Assembly: GCA_963735595.1 (NCBI GenBank)
Contig: CAVTLK010000001.1
Span: 896,001-960,000 of the forward strand
DNA length: 64,000 bases
Direction of reading: 5' to 3'
Source of the DNA: an uncultured delta proteobacterium
GTDB lineage: Bacteria; Desulfobacterota; Zymogenia; Zymogenales; Zymogenaceae
Shown: positions 62,420-64,000 of the stretch, in pieces
Layout of the letters: each line of letters begins with the position of its first letter
Position numbering within the stretch: the stretch's first letter is position 1
The notes under the pieces: generated by a model
Databases searched by the model: none
The model's input: only the letters and a program-made list of their open reading frames with translations
Told to the model about the DNA's origin: nothing
Translations under genes and position numbers: made by a program

Positions 62420-63727
62420 ATGATACGTAGTATCCAGCGCGTGGCCGTGACCGGCGCCGCCCTATCGGCGGCCGTCCTCTTGGCGCTCCTGTCCCTCTCA
62501 GGCTGCGCGCCGAAAACGGCCGTACTCCCTGCACACCACGAATTTGTATCGACCAGAGACCTCGCTCCGCCCTACGACGCGGTTGCGCCTGTAAGCACGC
62601 CCGTCCCCGGGCCGGCCTCCGACAAACGCATCATGGGTTTCCAGGTCCTGCTTTTCTCGTCAAAGACCGAAAGCGGCCTTGCCGACGAGATGAAGCGGAT
62701 CGCCGCGACCGGCGCCGATACCGTCATCGTTCGTGTCTTTCATAACAAGACGGATCGGTTCTATCCCTTCGTCACACCCCGGACGGACTCCGGCGTGTAT
62801 TTCGAAACCGACCGCGCGCCCGTCGTCGCCGACGCGCTGACCCCGATGATCCGCGCGGCCCGCTTGAACGGCCTTGACATCTGGGCATGGATGACCACCA
62901 AATACGCCGCCTGGGGACAGGACCGCTACCGGCTTTTTGCCTATGACTTCTCTAAGAAGACGATCATTCCCGCTTTCGGCCGGGACCTCTTTGACGACCG
63001 GGAGGTCGCGGATCTCGTCGCGCTCTATCAGGACCTGGCCGCCTACGATATCGACGGAATCCTCTTCCAGGACGACCTGGTCCTACACCACAACGAAGGG
63101 ATGGGCGAGAGCGCCGAGCGCCTCTACGGCACACCGATCCGGCCGGGCACCTTCTATATCGAACCGTACCGCAGTTCTGACGGGAAGAAGTACTATACCC
63201 GGGGATATACCGACGCCTTCTGGGAGTGGTCCCGCTTTAAGGCCTCCCGGCTTGCCGCGGTGGAACAGGCAATCATCGAGGGGACGCGCCGGGCACGCCC
63301 CGATCTTAAATTTGCCGTAAACCTCTCGTATGAATCGGTAACCCGTCCCGATATGGCGCTGGCGTGGCTTTCTCAGGATATCGAGAAGTTCCTGAAAAAC
63401 GGGACCGACTACGTGTTCATCATGGCCTACCATCGCCAGATCATGAAGGAGAAGGGCCTGTCCGATCCGGACGAGGCCGGCGGCCTGATGAGAGAGATAG
63501 TCTCGCGGGCGATCCCGGCAGCGGGAGAACCGTCGCGTGTCGGCATAAAGCTGCAGGTCATGGACTGGGAAACCCGCAGGCCCATCGCCGCTGATGAGTT
63601 GCGTCTGACGGCCTCCCGCCTCGGGCGGATCGATACGATCAGCCTTATCTTTGTTCCGTACGTCCAGGACGCGCCCTTCACGGAGATACAGGGGATCTTC
63701 CGGACGGCGTTGGGGAAAAAGCAATAG
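62420..63727 (+). CDS. Lipoprotein with PgaB C-terminal-like glycoside hydrolase (GHL13/GH153-like) domain
   Basis: Lipobox LSGC; GVYF.T...PVV.D, WAWMT, LYQDLA...IDGILFQDD, W..FK, W.SQ, MAY. Confidence 0.7.
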   Translation: MIRSIQRVAVTGAALSAAVLLALLSLSGCAPKTAVLPAHHEFVSTRDLAPPYDAVAPVSTPVPGPASDKRIMGFQVLLFSSKTESGLADEMKRIAATGADTVIVRVFHNKTDRFYPFVTPRTDSGVYFETDRAPVVADALTPMIRAARLNGLDIWAWMTTKYAAWGQDRYRLFAYDFSKKTIIPAFGRDLFDDREVADLVALYQDLAAYDIDGILFQDDLVLHHNEGMGESAERLYGTPIRPGTFYIEPYRSSDGKKYYTRGYTDAFWEWSRFKASRLAAVEQAIIEGTRRARPDLKFAVNLSYESVTRPDMALAWLSQDIEKFLKNGTDYVFIMAYHRQIMKEKGLSDPDEAGGLMREIVSRAIPAAGEPSRVGIKLQVMDWETRRPIAADELRLTASRLGRIDTISLIFVPYVQDAPFTEIQGIFRTALGKKQ

Positions 63728-63737
63728 GTGGTATACG

Positions 63738-63953
63738 ATGGGCAGCCTTATTATGACCAGGATCGTCCCGATCTTTTTTTTGGGCCTGGGTGTGGCGATC
63801 GCCATGCTCTTTGGCTTCTACGTCTACTACTACATCCAGCTCCAGAAGAAAAAAGACGTCGCGCGTAAATACCGGATCATCGCAAACCTGATAATCGGCC
63901 TGTCCCTTATCTGGTTTATCGTTCTGCTGATCGGCATCCTGATAAAAGAATAG
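63738..63953 (+). CDS. Small 2-TM membrane protein
   Basis: AGGTGG RBS; two hydrophobic segments. Confidence 0.55.
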   Translation: MGSLIMTRIVPIFFLGLGVAIAMLFGFYVYYYIQLQKKKDVARKYRIIANLIIGLSLIWFIVLLIGILIKE

Positions 63954-64000
63954 CGGGAGATCGGACCCTCATGAAAACACTCGTGATACTGTGCCTCTTC

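Overview
Bacterial chromosomal window, mostly GC-rich with two clearly AT-rich islands. Gene content suggests an anaerobic Desulfobacterota/deltaproteobacterium-like organism (inference only). Many genes, including essential mreB/mreC/mreD/mrdA, carry small frameshifts, most simply explained as uncorrected consensus indels. Core content: a nitronate monooxygenase-family gene, a Gfo/Idh/MocA oxidoreductase plus GPH-type MFS transporter, and a hybrid PAS histidine kinase. There is a TetR-linked acyl-CoA catabolic operon (2 CoA ligases, BKACE, 2 DUF35 plus 2 Ltp3/Ltp4-like thiolase-fold proteins, MaoC, acyl-CoA dehydrogenase) followed by tandem 3-hydroxyacyl-CoA dehydrogenases. The mreBCD-mrdA-rodA operon runs directly into archease-rtcB. 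The rest includes DNA glycosylases, tandem Asp-box beta-propellers, a PLP decarboxylase, a TetR/hydrolase pair and a PgaB-like hydrolase. Highlights: (1) an ArsN2-like GNAT acetyltransferase with an in-frame TGA at the conserved Cys, forming CxxU and followed by an fdhF-like SECIS hairpin, i.e. a likely selenoprotein; (2) an AT-rich island encoding a P-loop kinase-nucleotidyltransferase fusion and an alpha/alpha-toroid-metallophosphoesterase fusion, a candidate undescribed nucleotide-based conflict/defence system; (3) an RloC-like SMC ATPase island lying between copies of a palindromic repeat; (4) several REP-like repeat families and a 53-aa Cys-rich ORF missed by the ORF track. No rRNA, tRNA or CRISPR array was seen.
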